The notes under the pieces were generated by a model. That model ran no database searches and was not told the DNA's origin. It was given only the letters and a program-made list of their open reading frames with translations. From Toensbergia leucococca (Eukaryota), in contig JALDZS010000001.1 in the NCBI GenBank assembly GCA_022813965.1, forward strand, positions 496,001-534,014: DNA of 38,014 nt, given 5' to 3'. Below, piece after piece: positions 10,694 through 22,652 of this stretch. The position numbers and the translations under genes are program-made. How positions within the stretch are numbered: the first letter of the stretch is position 1; each line of letters begins with the position of its first letter.

Positions 10694-11814
10694 TCAAAGT
10701 TGACACCATCTCTCACCACCATCATGGTTTCTTTCCGTACCGGTATACCAACCTTCGTTGATTAGCTGCTTTTCCACGCTTTTCCAATACTCGGCTTTCT
10801 GCGTGCTAGAACTCTTAAGATCCAAATCTCCAAGACGTGCTTCGATGCGGCCATTACCAGAATTAGGAATCTAGAGTCCAAACATTCAGCGATGTTTTGC
10901 CTTCTCTAGGAAGGCATTACCTTAAGATACATTGTACAATCTCTAAGCGTCATCGCTGTTAGAAAACCTCGCTCTTTGACCTCTGTCTTCAATACACCAA
11001 TCGGGTCGAGATCAACCTGAAGACGTTGCAGCCGGTTCAAGACCGAAGAGTCGAGCAGGAAGTCGATGATGTGCTCTCGAAGCATTACTGATGTCGTTGC
11101 CGAGTTGCCTGGCAAACCCATTAAACAGTCAACCACCCTAGCGACCCTGATCCTATCACGAGAAACGAGATCAAGGGGACAGAAGTCGTAACCCAAATTT
11201 TCAATCGCCTCATGAGAGATCTTGCGTTTGTGTCTCTTCATAGCTCTTAGTGCACATGTTCTACATCTTCTCGATCCAGAAGGGGCTGATGGGGATTGTG
11301 CAAGCCATTTCGGCTTGAACTCCACTGCCACCAAACTCGTAGAAGGATCGGTGGTCATGTCTATGACTAACGATGCATAAATCTCGTCCTCGGCCAAATA
11401 GACTCCATGGCGCTTGTGACATCTAGCTCCGTTGCGCTCCATGTTCTTGAGGTTGTTGTTGCATTCTTGGATAAGAATTCGCGGTGGCCGCACCAATATT
11501 TGTTCCACTAGATTATGTGCTGGGAATAATGGCTGGATTATGGTCTCGAATCGTTGCTGGGAAGTGATAACAGGATCTGCCCAAGGGAGATTCTTCCTGA
11601 TCCGTAGTAATTTGCCTTCCAGTCGTGGGTCAGATCGTAGAGGAGGGATTTCCGATGGCGGAGGAGTACCAGACCCGTCCCATGAGCCATCAAAGTTCAA
11701 ATCCGAAGAGGTACTAGGACTGGGAGGTGGAAGGCTGAATCTGTAGACAACATTTGCGCCTCCTTCAGCTAGGTATTCCAGTGTCATAGACGGATCGAGA
11801 TCAATGGTAATCAT
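10694..11814 (-). CDS. IPK1: Inositol-pentakisphosphate 2-kinase, 2 exons (11814-10921, 10870-10694), 356 aa
   Basis: Motifs YLAEGGANVVY, VEFKPKW, RCRTCA, FCPLDL and MTLRDCT, with DLDLK in exon 2 after a 50-nt GTAATG..CTAG intron. Confidence 0.93.
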
Positions 11815-12301
11815 GGTGAAAGAAGTAGTAAAGTGACTGATAAGAGCGACGAGTCGCTTGGTGTTGGCTCGTATTGGTTCATAAGTCGTATTATATATAG
11901 CTCATGGGAGGACTGAGACGGCACGTTGAGGAGTGAAGGGCATGCAATTGGAAATGAATAACTCATACACGAAAGTAGAAGATACAACGAATGTAGAGCG
12001 GTCAAGACTATTTCTAAAACAATGACAAGGTGCGAGAATATTCCTAGAGCTCGAAAGTCCAAACGAACCTACGTAAGGACAGAAAGCAAAATGTCCTGTG
12101 ATGACTACCCTGTTGAAGATACTGCTTTCGATAGCTAGACTCTAGTCAAGACGAACGGAGGTAAAAGAGGATTAGAGAAACGAAATGAAGGTCAGTTGAA
12201 TCCCCACTAGCGCCACAGGCTTTAAAGACTCTTTCCCACAAGCCCCACTACCTCTCGCCTTGACCTCCAAACATGTAATCGCCCAAGCCACTCACTTCAT
12301 C

Positions 12302-12896
12302 ATGGCCGAGCCAACCTCAAGCCCAGACGTCTCCCTCCTCCAAACCCCCCCAAAATGCGTTGCAGACTTCTGCCTCATCCCCGTAGGCGCCCCTCACCAG
12401 CCTCAATCCCTCCCTACCTCATCCTTTCCGACTTAGCCCTCCAACTAAAACCCCCAGATCGGAACACCTACAGCTTCTGTATCGCAGCAAATTGCAGACG
12501 TGCAGCGACTCATGCAGAAGAGTGCTTTGTCGTATTCGATGCACTCGGCCGGAACCACCGTTGGTAAGCACCTGCTGCATTCAAGAGAGGTCATGTCATT
12601 TATTGTGGAGAAGGGAGGGAATGGGATGAAGTAGGGTGCTGATGTGTCGATGGGCTAGAGGGGCCGTGGGACGAGGTGATGAAGCTCATTGGACAGGCGC
12701 ATACCATGTTGCACGAGAAAGGCGTGGTGAGGATTCAGACGGACATAAGGGTTGGGTCAAGGTATTTTATGTGGTACGGTGTTTTGAGACGAACCAAAAG
12801 TGCTAAGGACTTGGGATTAGGACCGATAAAAAGCAGTCGTTTGAGGATAAAGTGACTGCTGTGAATGACCTTCTTGCGAAGGATAGCGAGGGATGA
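12302..12896 (+). CDS. ECM15: Ecm15/YkoF-like thiamine-binding-domain protein (DUF77), 4 exons (12302-12382, 12458-12563, 12659-12761, 12821-12896), 121 aa
   Basis: Spliced protein reads [76 protein letters not shown]. Three canonical introns. The ORF track misses this gene. Confidence 0.92.
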
Positions 12897-13068
12897 CAGA
12901 TCGAATGATGAGTTATATGACTATATGTCTATTTATTCCAGGTACAAGCATAACTCATTTCAGACATCGAGTGCTAAGTGACTGCGCCAACGCTATGCAT
13001 ACCACATGTACCCTATGCTCCTTCAAATGCTGATGATAACGCCTCCTAGTGCGTCGATAGATGGTCAT

Positions 13069-14298
13069 TTAGAAAAGCAATCTGGTCAATGACAATGTAA
13101 CCCCGAAGAAGATGAAAACCGTTTGGCAATCGTGTTGTATTCGAAACAAACCGCTAAACATGGTAATATTTCTCGCACTTCCGGACGTGGCATTTGGTTG
13201 AGCCGTCGTACCTGATGGCAACGTCCGTCCTAGAGCAGCGATGTTATTGAGCTTATCCACGGTGCTGATAGCAGGTCCCTGGTCAAAGAAGTCCACTAGG
13301 ATGAATGTGGGGGCTCTCCCATATTGCGTCGTGCAATTGACTGCCGCACTTCCCAAATTGCCAACAGGTCCCGCTGGTGCATTCGTCATTGTAATGTTGG
13401 TCACGTCGGGAACTTCGATGCCGAAGCTTTCCTGAGTATCTAGGAAATGGTTCATCAAGGGCATGCGACCCGACTCCAAGGCGGTCGCTGTGTAGCCTTG
13501 GACGGCTGGTGGTCTGTCTGCAACACAGGAAAAATTCAAGGGGCTAGTAACGTCGTAAGGATTCTCGAACACAAAGGTGAACTCATCCAGTAAATAGGGA
13601 GCGACGGTGTTGGACGTAGGATCTAGAGATGCAATAAAGGTGACGAGGCGTGTCGAGTTCAAGATTAAAGTATTCAGAGTAGGCCATATGCTCATGGCTG
13701 TAGTTGTAGATGGAGGTATATATGCGTATGAGGTGATATTTGCGGCTTCGAACTGAGAATCTAGATCCCCGGCAGATGCATTATCCGAGTTGACGAGTAA
13801 AATAGTGACAACTACCAATGGCATTAGCCTCGGACCTCTTGTTGTTAGAGCTGATAGAATTACCATCGTTTGGATTCCCATCCATCCAGGTTTTGATCTC
13901 GGTCAACCAACTACTCAACGTTCCTGCATCCAGTAGTAGACAACTTGTATGGCACAAATGCCATGATCCGTTGACGTTATAAACCTGTGCTGTCAAGAGT
14001 CGAACTCCGGCATTGAGCTGAATAGTGCTGTTGTAGAATCTGCGTAATTTTTAGCACAGACTATAGGTCTTGGGGCAAAATGATCATACTGATTACCAGA
14101 GTCGGTATTACCAGTCGAAGCATCTCGCAAGAACGGGCTATCATGAGCTCCAAGTTGAGTGATATTCGAGTAAGATCTATCGCAGAGGTCGGGGGAATTG
14201 TTGCAAGCTACCGCGGATGCTCGCCGCGAAAAAGGATTTGAAAAAGATGCCGCTAGAGTAATGGGCAGAAGGAAGAGAAATGGAAAGCTAGAACGCAT
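13069..14298 (-). CDS. Secreted, probably GPI-anchored PLC-like phosphodiesterase (PI-PLC X-domain-like), 3 exons
   Basis: Signal peptide followed by [66 protein letters not shown] and PTFILVDFF, ending in a hydrophobic tail. Introns at 14089-14040 and 13863-13812. Confidence 0.9.
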
Positions 14299-15509
14299 AC
14301 TAGCCAGACGGCTGAGTGAAATTTCAAATGTGTGGGGGGTGTGAAGTCTTGTTGTAAATAGCGAGTGTTGATTGTCAATGTAGCGACAGACAAGAAGATC
14401 AAAGTGAAAGCGAGTGACAGCAAAGAAATTAGGAAGAGGAACGGTGACAATATAACGGTAGAATACAGAACAATGTGATGGATCAAATACGAAGCATGAA
14501 CAAAGGCAGCCCCTCTTGCGCCACAAAGCTGTCTTGATTTCCCAATCAGTCCTCAACGTCATGAGGCTAGAATAGTGTAGCAGCCAATCAACTCTCAGCC
14601 ACACAAGACATGGTCGGCCTCTAGCGAGAAATGATTCGCAATCTATGAGTCTATTTATTCTTAGCCAAACCCTCTTCAATCCTCACCCTGCGCCTTGATG
14701 ACTGCGACGGCTGCTTGAAAACGATACTTGAGAAGGACTGTCTGTTCTAAGAATCAATCAACAAATCAGACAGTACTCAATGAAAAGACTCATTATTCAT
14801 GAAATAGAGAATAGTGACAAGCTGACTTACAGGATCAAAGTCTTCTCGCAACTGATGACGGGTCAGTCCCTCTGATGCTCTCTAATCATTGTCTCTAAAT
14901 ATGTTGTTCTGTCAGTACAGTTTCTCTGAATGTGTAGGATCAATGACAGTAATGCCTGCCTGATTCAGTCTCACTTGACACCCCTAGTGTATTGTCTAGT
15001 TCACTACATAAGCCGAAACCCTAGGTAAGCAGAACATCTTCTGTATCTCTCAATGAGATTTCCCTCAACCCCATTCTTCAGACTATGTTAGAGCTGAAGA
15101 AAACCAATGGCTGGTAAATGAGATCTGCCATATCACGGACAGCACTCTAGATAATCCTCCTAGAATGTTGATTAGTACTATTCAAGACTAGAAAGGCAAG
15201 ATTAACATCTCGTTCAAGACATATATTTTCTAGGCCAGCTCTAACGCGGTGTTCAAGTTAAGACCTTGTCAATCATTGATCGTACAACTGCACGAACTCT
15301 GACCGCAAAACCACAGGACCAAACAAACAACAATCTGGCTTTGGCAACTTTCCTTTTGCCCTCAATCAAATTTCCATATACGGATATCAACTGCTTTCAG
15401 CTCCGACTAAATTTCCACCTCCCAGAAGCATAGTCATAGTTGTTTATAGAATTAAGAGGGGGTACCAGTACATCATCAAGCTCATGTTTCATGTCCTGAA
15501 TAGCTTAGA

Positions 15510-16346
15510 CTATCTCTTCCTCATGCAGTTCGCAGCATTCACTACTATTGCCAATGACCCTTTTACATCCATATGGCGGCGATCAAGAAGTAAATCGAGG
15601 AGGCCGTCTTTCTCTTCCGTCCACGGGCCATGAAGAGCTTTGTGCGGCAAGAAGTCCTGGCCCAACTGTCCGCCTATTAGTAGCTGAAATCGGAAGAGGC
15701 TCCAACCAGGCGATCTTTCCTCTGGGGGATACCAGTATATGATCGCTACCTCCGCGGTTCGACCGCAAATGTGCAATTCTGTCTGGCCGTGCTCCGTATC
15801 CTCTCCTTGGATAGTGAAGTATTTCCCTGGGTTACGTTCACTTGACCATGCCTGACTATGGAGTTTTTCATTTTCCGAGCCGCTCATAGTCGTCGCATCG
15901 AAAAACCACCTATCCTGCACCTTTAAGCTATCAAACATGTTCTGGTTTGCTTCTCCCAAATTCCTTCCTTGATGTATCCATTGAGTTTGGATAACCTTGT
16001 CCATGAATTTCAGCTGACACTGCCTTAGACGGGACTGGTTGAAGAACAAACGCCGATCCTTAATCATACACTGCAGCACGGATTTGTCTTCGGTGAGGGA
16101 CCAGGGTATGGAATTGTATCTGAGTTGTTGTACGACAGCCGGGTCGCAGTAATTGTCCTTGGCGTCGGCAAACACTGACAAGATGACTTCGATATAGATT
16201 CGCTCGCTGGAAAGCGCTGCTAATAGTCGACGTGATACTAGTGGTAGGTTCGGATTTGGGTAATAAAAGAATATTTTCTCGATAAGCTCGGTAGGTAAGC
16301 CCTCCATACTCGCTGGACGGTTGGTACTATCGACTAGTGGGTCCAT
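15510..16346 (-). CDS. F-box-like protein, paralogue A (C-terminus truncated or decaying)
   Basis: Contains SMEGLPTELIEKIFFYYPNPNLPLVSRRLL and LPHKALHGPWTEEK. First ATG is at 16346. A paralogue-like tail continues in another frame past the stop. Confidence 0.65.
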   Translation of the reverse strand: MDPLVDSTNRPASMEGLPTELIEKIFFYYPNPNLPLVSRRLLAALSSERIYIEVILSVFADAKDNYCDPAVVQQLRYNSIPWSLTEDKSVLQCMIKDRRLFFNQSRLRQCQLKFMDKVIQTQWIHQGRNLGEANQNMFDSLKVQDRWFFDATTMSGSENEKLHSQAWSSERNPGKYFTIQGEDTEHGQTELHICGRTAEVAIIYWYPPEERSPGWSLFRFQLLIGGQLGQDFLPHKALHGPWTEEKDGLLDLLLDRRHMDVKGSLAIVVNAANCMRKR

Positions 16347-17062
16347 ATTGATTCGAGGAGACCGATGGTGAGGGCGGAGGATGGATGTCAAGCCTGACCT
16401 ACGGCTTTGTGTGGATGTTTGTGGAGTTTTGTCACATTTGATTATGTGGAAGATTCAAGGTTGTGGGACTTGGTAAGTTGAGTTCATCGATTCTGGACTT
16501 TTCATCGAAAGAGCAAAAGTGTCGATTGGTACGAACTGTCTATGTGTTGAGTTAAAGTCATTTCTGTCTGCATCAAGTCTGAAAAGTTCGCGAGTCATCA
16601 ACACAGATGCATTCACTCAAGGGGATCATGTCTGAGCTTACTCAATTAGGTATTTTATACCAGATCTTGTTCATGACTTGATTCATGTTTCATCGTTGGA
16701 AAACCGCGACTGCCATCCCCAATGCTCCTTTGTCATCTCAACCACTCTCTCTTGTGTTGTGCTGCTGTCTCTACTCTCAAATGACATGACAGTCCTAACA
16801 AAAGAACTCCGAACTACGTGTTATACTACGAAACAGGCACCACAGGTGTTAATTCGACGAGTCCCAAGCAAAATATTTGTGAACCTTCTGATCTTGAGAA
16901 GTTTTCATTCATCATGATCTTCAGCATGCATTTAGCTCCTGTGCTCTGTTTGACTAGCTGAACGCAGCACGCCCAATCTAGCACGACCATCTCGACCTCA
17001 ACTCAAAGAGCACTTTTGCTTAGCATACAGCAAATCCTGAACACTCAGTCAAGAAGCGCAAC

Positions 17063-18379
17063 ATGGATTGCAACGTCGATGAGAGAAGCCGTAAATGGAA
17101 AGAACTCGAAGCACCAAGATCGCCGTTACTCACGTCTCCAAACATCAAAGAGTCAGTCTCTGTAAGAACCGCTCGAGCACACAAACGGGTTAAGATCGAA
17201 CATGACACAAACCAGCACGATCCCAGTCTACCCGTTCAGCACGCCTCGGCCTCCTTTGGTGATCTACCTGCGGAGCTTATAGAGAAGATCTTCTTGTATT
17301 TCCCGAATCCGAACCTTCCGCTGGTATCGCGGCTGTTTCTCACCGTACTTTCAACCGATCGCAGTCAAATAAAGGCTGCCATTCAGACCTTTTCACATGT
17401 TCACCAGATCAATCGCAGCTCTCATGATGCGAATCGCTCCACACCGGAGACCGAGCCTCGAATGCGTACGCTATTCTATGCGGCAGACAGACGCAGACTT
17501 CAAATGTCCATCAGAAAGTGTCGGTTTTTCACCTTGCCATTTCTGAAGCGTTGCGTAAACATTTACACGGAGGCGATCATTCGGGAAGAGTGGACCAATA
17601 GAGGAATACGTACAAGCGAGGAAGAAGAGGCAAAGAAGCTTCATAGTATCTTTGAACTCCGGCAGCCCTGCCCGGAAGTCGTTTTTATCTGGGCAAAAGC
17701 CCCCGGCGGCCAGAAAGCATTGATGCGCTTCCATTCTTGGCCACGCCTAATCGGAATTGGGAGCCGAGGGTTGGGCGCCACTTATTACTCACTACCAGCG
17801 ACGGCAGATATGCTACCATTTCCAGACTACCAGTTTCCTCTCCCGAGCAAAGTCCTCCATGGTCCTTGGAGCGACGAAAAGCTGGACTTTCTGAAGCTGC
17901 TGATCAAGTGCGGCGGGATTTATAAGGAGAGCAAAAAGCGTTCAGCTTCGGCTTCCAAAGGCATCACGGACGCTATCCGAGAACGTAATTATCACGTCCT
18001 CAGCCTGCTGGTGCATAGAGATTATAGCGACACGCAGGATACCAATCTGAACCAGTCCCTTGGTATCATGCCCCAACGACACCATTTCCAAACCGCCATC
18101 GTGGACGCCCAGTGCGACCTCCAAGCTCTGAGAACTTTGCTCCTGGGGTCTCATACCGCTGAAGGGCGGAGACAGTCGGTGATTGATCGAGTAAGTCTTG
18201 CCTCTGAGGTTATTAGCGGCGATAAGGCGATTGTGGCTTGGGCTGTGAAGACACGGGATCAGGGCGATGAGAGGGGTCAGTGGGTTTTGGACCTTGCTGA
18301 GAAGAGGGTTGTGAGCGAGGAGGTGAGGAGGTTTTTGGGTCATCCGTGGGAATATTGGTATTTGGCTTTGGGGGAATGA
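17063..18379 (+). CDS. F-box-like protein, paralogue B (438 aa)
   Basis: Contains SFGDLPAELIEKIFLYFPNPNLPLVSRLFL (LPxELxxxIF F-box-like motif) and LPSKVLHGPWSDEKLDFLKLL. Long intronless ORF. Confidence 0.8.
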   Translation: MDCNVDERSRKWKELEAPRSPLLTSPNIKESVSVRTARAHKRVKIEHDTNQHDPSLPVQHASASFGDLPAELIEKIFLYFPNPNLPLVSRLFLTVLSTDRSQIKAAIQTFSHVHQINRSSHDANRSTPETEPRMRTLFYAADRRRLQMSIRKCRFFTLPFLKRCVNIYTEAIIREEWTNRGIRTSEEEEAKKLHSIFELRQPCPEVVFIWAKAPGGQKALMRFHSWPRLIGIGSRGLGATYYSLPATADMLPFPDYQFPLPSKVLHGPWSDEKLDFLKLLIKCGGIYKESKKRSASASKGITDAIRERNYHVLSLLVHRDYSDTQDTNLNQSLGIMPQRHHFQTAIVDAQCDLQALRTLLLGSHTAEGRRQSVIDRVSLASEVISGDKAIVAWAVKTRDQGDERGQWVLDLAEKRVVSEEVRRFLGHPWEYWYLALGE

Positions 18380-19585
18380 GGGGGTTGTGGAAGTTTGTGA
18401 GACCGGGGGGGGGGTGTTTACTGAGGGGAGCGTGGAATAGATGTGTTGGGTGGGGTTCAGTTGGATGGATTCGGGGAGGAGCTGTTAGGCTTTTGTGGAA
18501 ATCATACCGCTACCACCGCAGTTGAGTCGATTGAAGCACTCTAGGATGCAGGATTCGAGATTGGTGCAGGCGTACATAATGATCTCTGAGTAATGAAGTA
18601 TTTACATACCGCTAATCTTTCTACAAAACGACCGAACCCATCATCCCCACCCGCAATCCCTCGCAAGCTATATCATCACATTCTTGGTGTATCGTTTTGG
18701 AGACTTGAATGCCTCACTGCTTCATTTTAATACCTTGAGCCACTTTTGGTGTTATATAGGAACTCAGCTAAGTCTCGGAGTGGTTTTGTTCAGCTTTTTG
18801 CTTCGAGTTGCGGATGGTGAGGGAGTACTGTGCTTGCTTGTTGCCTTTGCGGGTGTTTTCGATCGCAGGTGGAGTTGGGCAAGGGATTTCTCTCGAGATT
18901 GTGTATCTGGGTAGATAGATGGATATAGGACCTTGTTATTAGGTAAGGATTTAGATTTGCGGTAGTGATACCAACACAGCCGGGACTGTTTTATTGGATG
19001 GAGGTTTCATGGTCGGTCTGAAATAATAGGGGGTTTTTTTCAGTAGGGTAAGGAGGGTTGAAAATGGTGATTCTAGGAATGATGGCTGTCGGGGAGGGAT
19101 TAGTTCAATTAGAATAGCAGCATTGTGTGGAAGACGTGTTGAGATGGTGACTAGAATTGAAGGTATATGCATGATAGACAAACGACGGCTAGAGCTTGGA
19201 AACGGGTTACAAAGGGGTTCGTTATCGCAGTTTGATTCTCACCCAGGCTTTTTTTTCTCTATGATAGAGGAGAGATAGACAGATGAGATCTTGTGGCTCC
19301 GAGACATTTATCCGGTACATTGATAGCGCTGAGGTTACTGCAGGAGTGCTCGGTCTTTTGTTGTCAACTTTTTTGTGAGGAGTTTTATAATTTTATGGAG
19401 TATGCCATTCCTGGTATAATCTTATGAAGGGTGCTTAAGGGCCTCTATTTCGGATCTATGAGCTACTACTGACTAGAACACACTAAATTTCCGATTCTTT
19501 TAATACCTTATCCTATTGAGATCTGGTAGCTGTCTTTGTCCGAAGCTCGTAGCTGGTCGCAATAAGAGCTTCATACCACGAATCT

Positions 19586-21025
19586 TCATAGGTCGACTTT
19601 CGAAGCAACTACAGCCTGGGAAATAGGCCCAGTGACGAACAACCAGGCTTGCTTTTTGCCTTCGTTCTCTTTCGGGTCGATGGCAATTAGGACGGCCGTG
19701 CTTGCAGATCGAATAGTTTTGCCGTCATCCTGAAACAACAATCTCTGCGTCCGATTCTCACCACCTACGGACTCTTCATGCTTATCATTCGCGTCTGATT
19801 GCACCAACCACACCATGACCGGGTCCATGCCGTCAGGGAAAGTTGCCGCACGGGCTAATCCAGCAAGAACGTATCCGCTGGCGTCACGGCCGGTCTCCTT
19901 GGCATATGGATCTCGGAAATATGATGGATTATCGATCGTACAAGGCAATTGAATTGATTCGACGACTTCGAGGTATGGATGTGGATTGGGACGAGCTAGG
20001 ACGAGAACACCAGCGCATGTCCTACCAATCAGAATCTCGGTATCGTCTTTTCCTCTCCCAAGTCCATTGTTATTGTGTATTCCCTTCTTGGCTATAGTAC
20101 CTGTGATTGATGCAGTGGCATTTTTCGCATTGAGGTTGGAAATCTCAAGATGGATTAGATCTGTCCAGGGAGCGAGATTCTGATAAGCAACATCTTCGAT
20201 AAGCTTCATATAGCCCTCGCGGTAGTAATGATCATTGGTAACGTAAATTGAACGGGCATTCCGAATAAGAATATCGTTCGGAGTACGAATCAAAGGATGT
20301 CTGATGGATCTTAGATGCCTAGCCTCTGACGTACCCGCCACGTAATGGAAAATCTCGATTTGGGATCTTGCTTTGGGGACATGGGTGCTATTTGGTTCGA
20401 AATATTCAGGGTTAGGAAGGTGATTTATGGCGAAGATATAAATGGATCTTGGATCATCATCTGGTGACCAGACATCGATTCCATGGGTATTAAATTGGCC
20501 AGGAAAATTGATCAAGCTAAGACGTTTCGATGACAAGGTCTTCCAGTCATTAGTGTCAGACTTGTGGTGAGAAAGTAATAAGTATATGATGGACAAGATG
20601 TACCTTTGGATCTATGACAACGATGGAGCCGCGGCCTAGGGCTTTCGGGTCTTTGAAAACCTCCATGCTAATATGTAGTATACAACGTTAGGACTCCAAA
20701 TCAATCATTCTTCAACTCCATGCTACTGCCATTTTCCCCAGCCGAGTACTTTGAGATTAGATGTCACATACGGAGGGAACCATTTCCAACGAAACTCGTC
20801 AGTCCCTTCAGAAGCAACGAATAGAAGATTGGAAGGAGCATGGTAATGCAGATCTTCACTATACACGGTATCTGGAATCAAGCGCAAGTCCTCGCCATGT
20901 ACGTTTTCGATCTTACTCCACGATCGGCTCAGGCCCAAGACCTTGATTCGGAGGGCCAGAGGCTCGTAGAGCACGGCGGCAAGGGAGACGATTGCGACGA
21001 TCACAAGAGGAAGAGAGATTGCCAT
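19586..21025 (-). CDS. Paraoxonase/arylesterase (PON-like lactonase), 3 exons (21025-20772, 20667-20604, 20539-19586)
   Basis: N-terminal hydrophobic anchor, then PON motifs in the expected order: SEDL, NTHGI, AINH, TPNDI, VTNDHY, NNGL and IDNP. Confidence 0.9.
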
Positions 21026-21953
21026 GTTGCCTTCATTGAGGTTATGTTGGTCAAATTACGTCTTCGACATGATGCTACGAATGGCAAGCATCTCGAAGAT
21101 ATCGCCATCAACACTCGAGGTTACTCTATCTTGTCGGAGACTCGGAGCAACTCATTGCTCAACGTCGTCGGAGGAACTTTGCACCGAGCCTATTCTATCC
21201 TACCTTACCTACTCTACTTTGACAATTGAGACTACCGGCTCAATCCACAACCTTGATTCTTGTCCGCAAACCCATTCTACAGTCCTCTGACATCACATTA
21301 TCTCATCCTTTCCAAAGGCACACAGTATATTTTTGACTATGGCTTCGAGCACAGACGAGCAGTGGAATCTTTAGACTTCTAACTGAACGAAGTCCCCGTC
21401 GTCTCTCTTTCTATTGTCTCAGCCTCTTGTGATCGGGGCACTTTTCAGCGAAAAAGACCAAGGCGAGCCCCACTTCTCGACATGAAAATCCTATTGTTCA
21501 CCCTTCTCCTTCTTGATTTTGTCCGCATATGCGTAGTTAGCTGAGCTGACTAGCTCTGTCTTGATATACTCTACATAAACTTTCAAAAGCTCAGATGAAT
21601 TTTCCACAAACGCGTTCCCAGTAATAAACAGCTCCAGTGTGTCTAGCAATTCTAACAACTTCAGCACCTTCAATAAATCCAGCAGCTCGCCCTATGATCT
21701 GTCAACACCTATCAAGCGAGCTCAGTCTTTTTATATTTCACTCTCAACTATATCTTGTCGACGGCTCTGAGCCTAGCGGCGGCGCTGTAATTGCACTTCC
21801 GTTACCGATGACAACCCAAATTGAAAGCTACATGTAAGAGAAACAAAAAGAATCCAAGCAGAGGCAGTGGGATTGATGGGACATGGAATGTCTTGGCAAA
21901 CCAAGAAGATGAAAAGTAGAGGCACAGATAGCGCCAAGAGCACATCTCTCTTC

Positions 21954-22652
21954 TCAAAGACCCTCCACTTCTCCAACCCCCTTCCTCGCCAAAAACCAAT
22001 GAAACATCTCCTCCTGCCCCCCAATCCTCTCCCCAACAACCTCATCCTCCACAACCACCAACCCACTCCCCCGAACCATCTCCCGATTCCCCTTCCCCCC
22101 CAATCCACACGAAAACATCCTCACTCCATCCCCCAACCAATCCTCCCTAACCACACTCCCAGCATCCCCCCCATGCAAATCACACAAAAACCACCCACCA
22201 GCCCTCAACCAGCCCTCCACCCTCCTCACCAAAATACCCTGCTCCCCGCCCTCCAAATGAAACAAACTCCCAAAAGCAACCACCGCATCAAACGTTCCCT
22301 CCCCAAACTCCAACCCCATCATATCCCCATGCACCAGCCTCGCCTCGGGCACATGCTCTCTCGCGAGCGCGATCTGCGCAGCTGAGATGTCGACGCCGGT
22401 GACACGGTGGCCGGCCGCGAGGAGGGTTCGCGTGCTGGGAAGTCCGGCGCCGCAGCCGAGTTCGAGGATGTGCGAGTTTGGTGCCAGGTGCGAGAGGAGG
22501 CGGGTTAGGTAGGTTGTGCGGGCTGGGCGCGGCAGGCGGAGGGACCAGGCGAGATAGGCGGGGGCGACGAGGTTGTAGCCGGTTTCGATGAGGGGTTTGG
22601 GGTTTAGGGGTGTGGATTGGGAGTGGGTGGGGGATGGAGGATTGGTGGACAT
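21954..22652 (-). CDS. Class I SAM-dependent methyltransferase (232 aa)
   Basis: Motif I ILELGCGAG, post-I VTGVDIS, GDM, motif II FDAVVAFGSLFHL and motif III WLRAGGWFL. Confidence 0.92.
   Translation of the reverse strand: MSTNPPSPTHSQSTPLNPKPLIETGYNLVAPAYLAWSLRLPRPARTTYLTRLLSHLAPNSHILELGCGAGLPSTRTLLAAGHRVTGVDISAAQIALAREHVPEARLVHGDMMGLEFGEGTFDAVVAFGSLFHLEGGEQGILVRRVEGWLRAGGWFLCDLHGGDAGSVVREDWLGDGVRMFSCGLGGKGNREMVRGSGLVVVEDEVVGERIGGQEEMFHWFLARKGVGEVEGL

Noticed and set aside
13993..14679. 228-aa ORF extending upstream of the PLC-like gene
   Set aside because: Non-ATG start. The signal peptide begins at ATG 14298 and the 3' end runs through an intron.
21491..21700. Leu/Glu-rich minus-strand ORF preceded by an acceptor-like site
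   Set aside because: No start, family motif or coherent gene model could be built.
21867..22385. Pro/His-rich 172-aa plus-strand ORF
   Set aside because: Antisense shadow of the G-rich methyltransferase.
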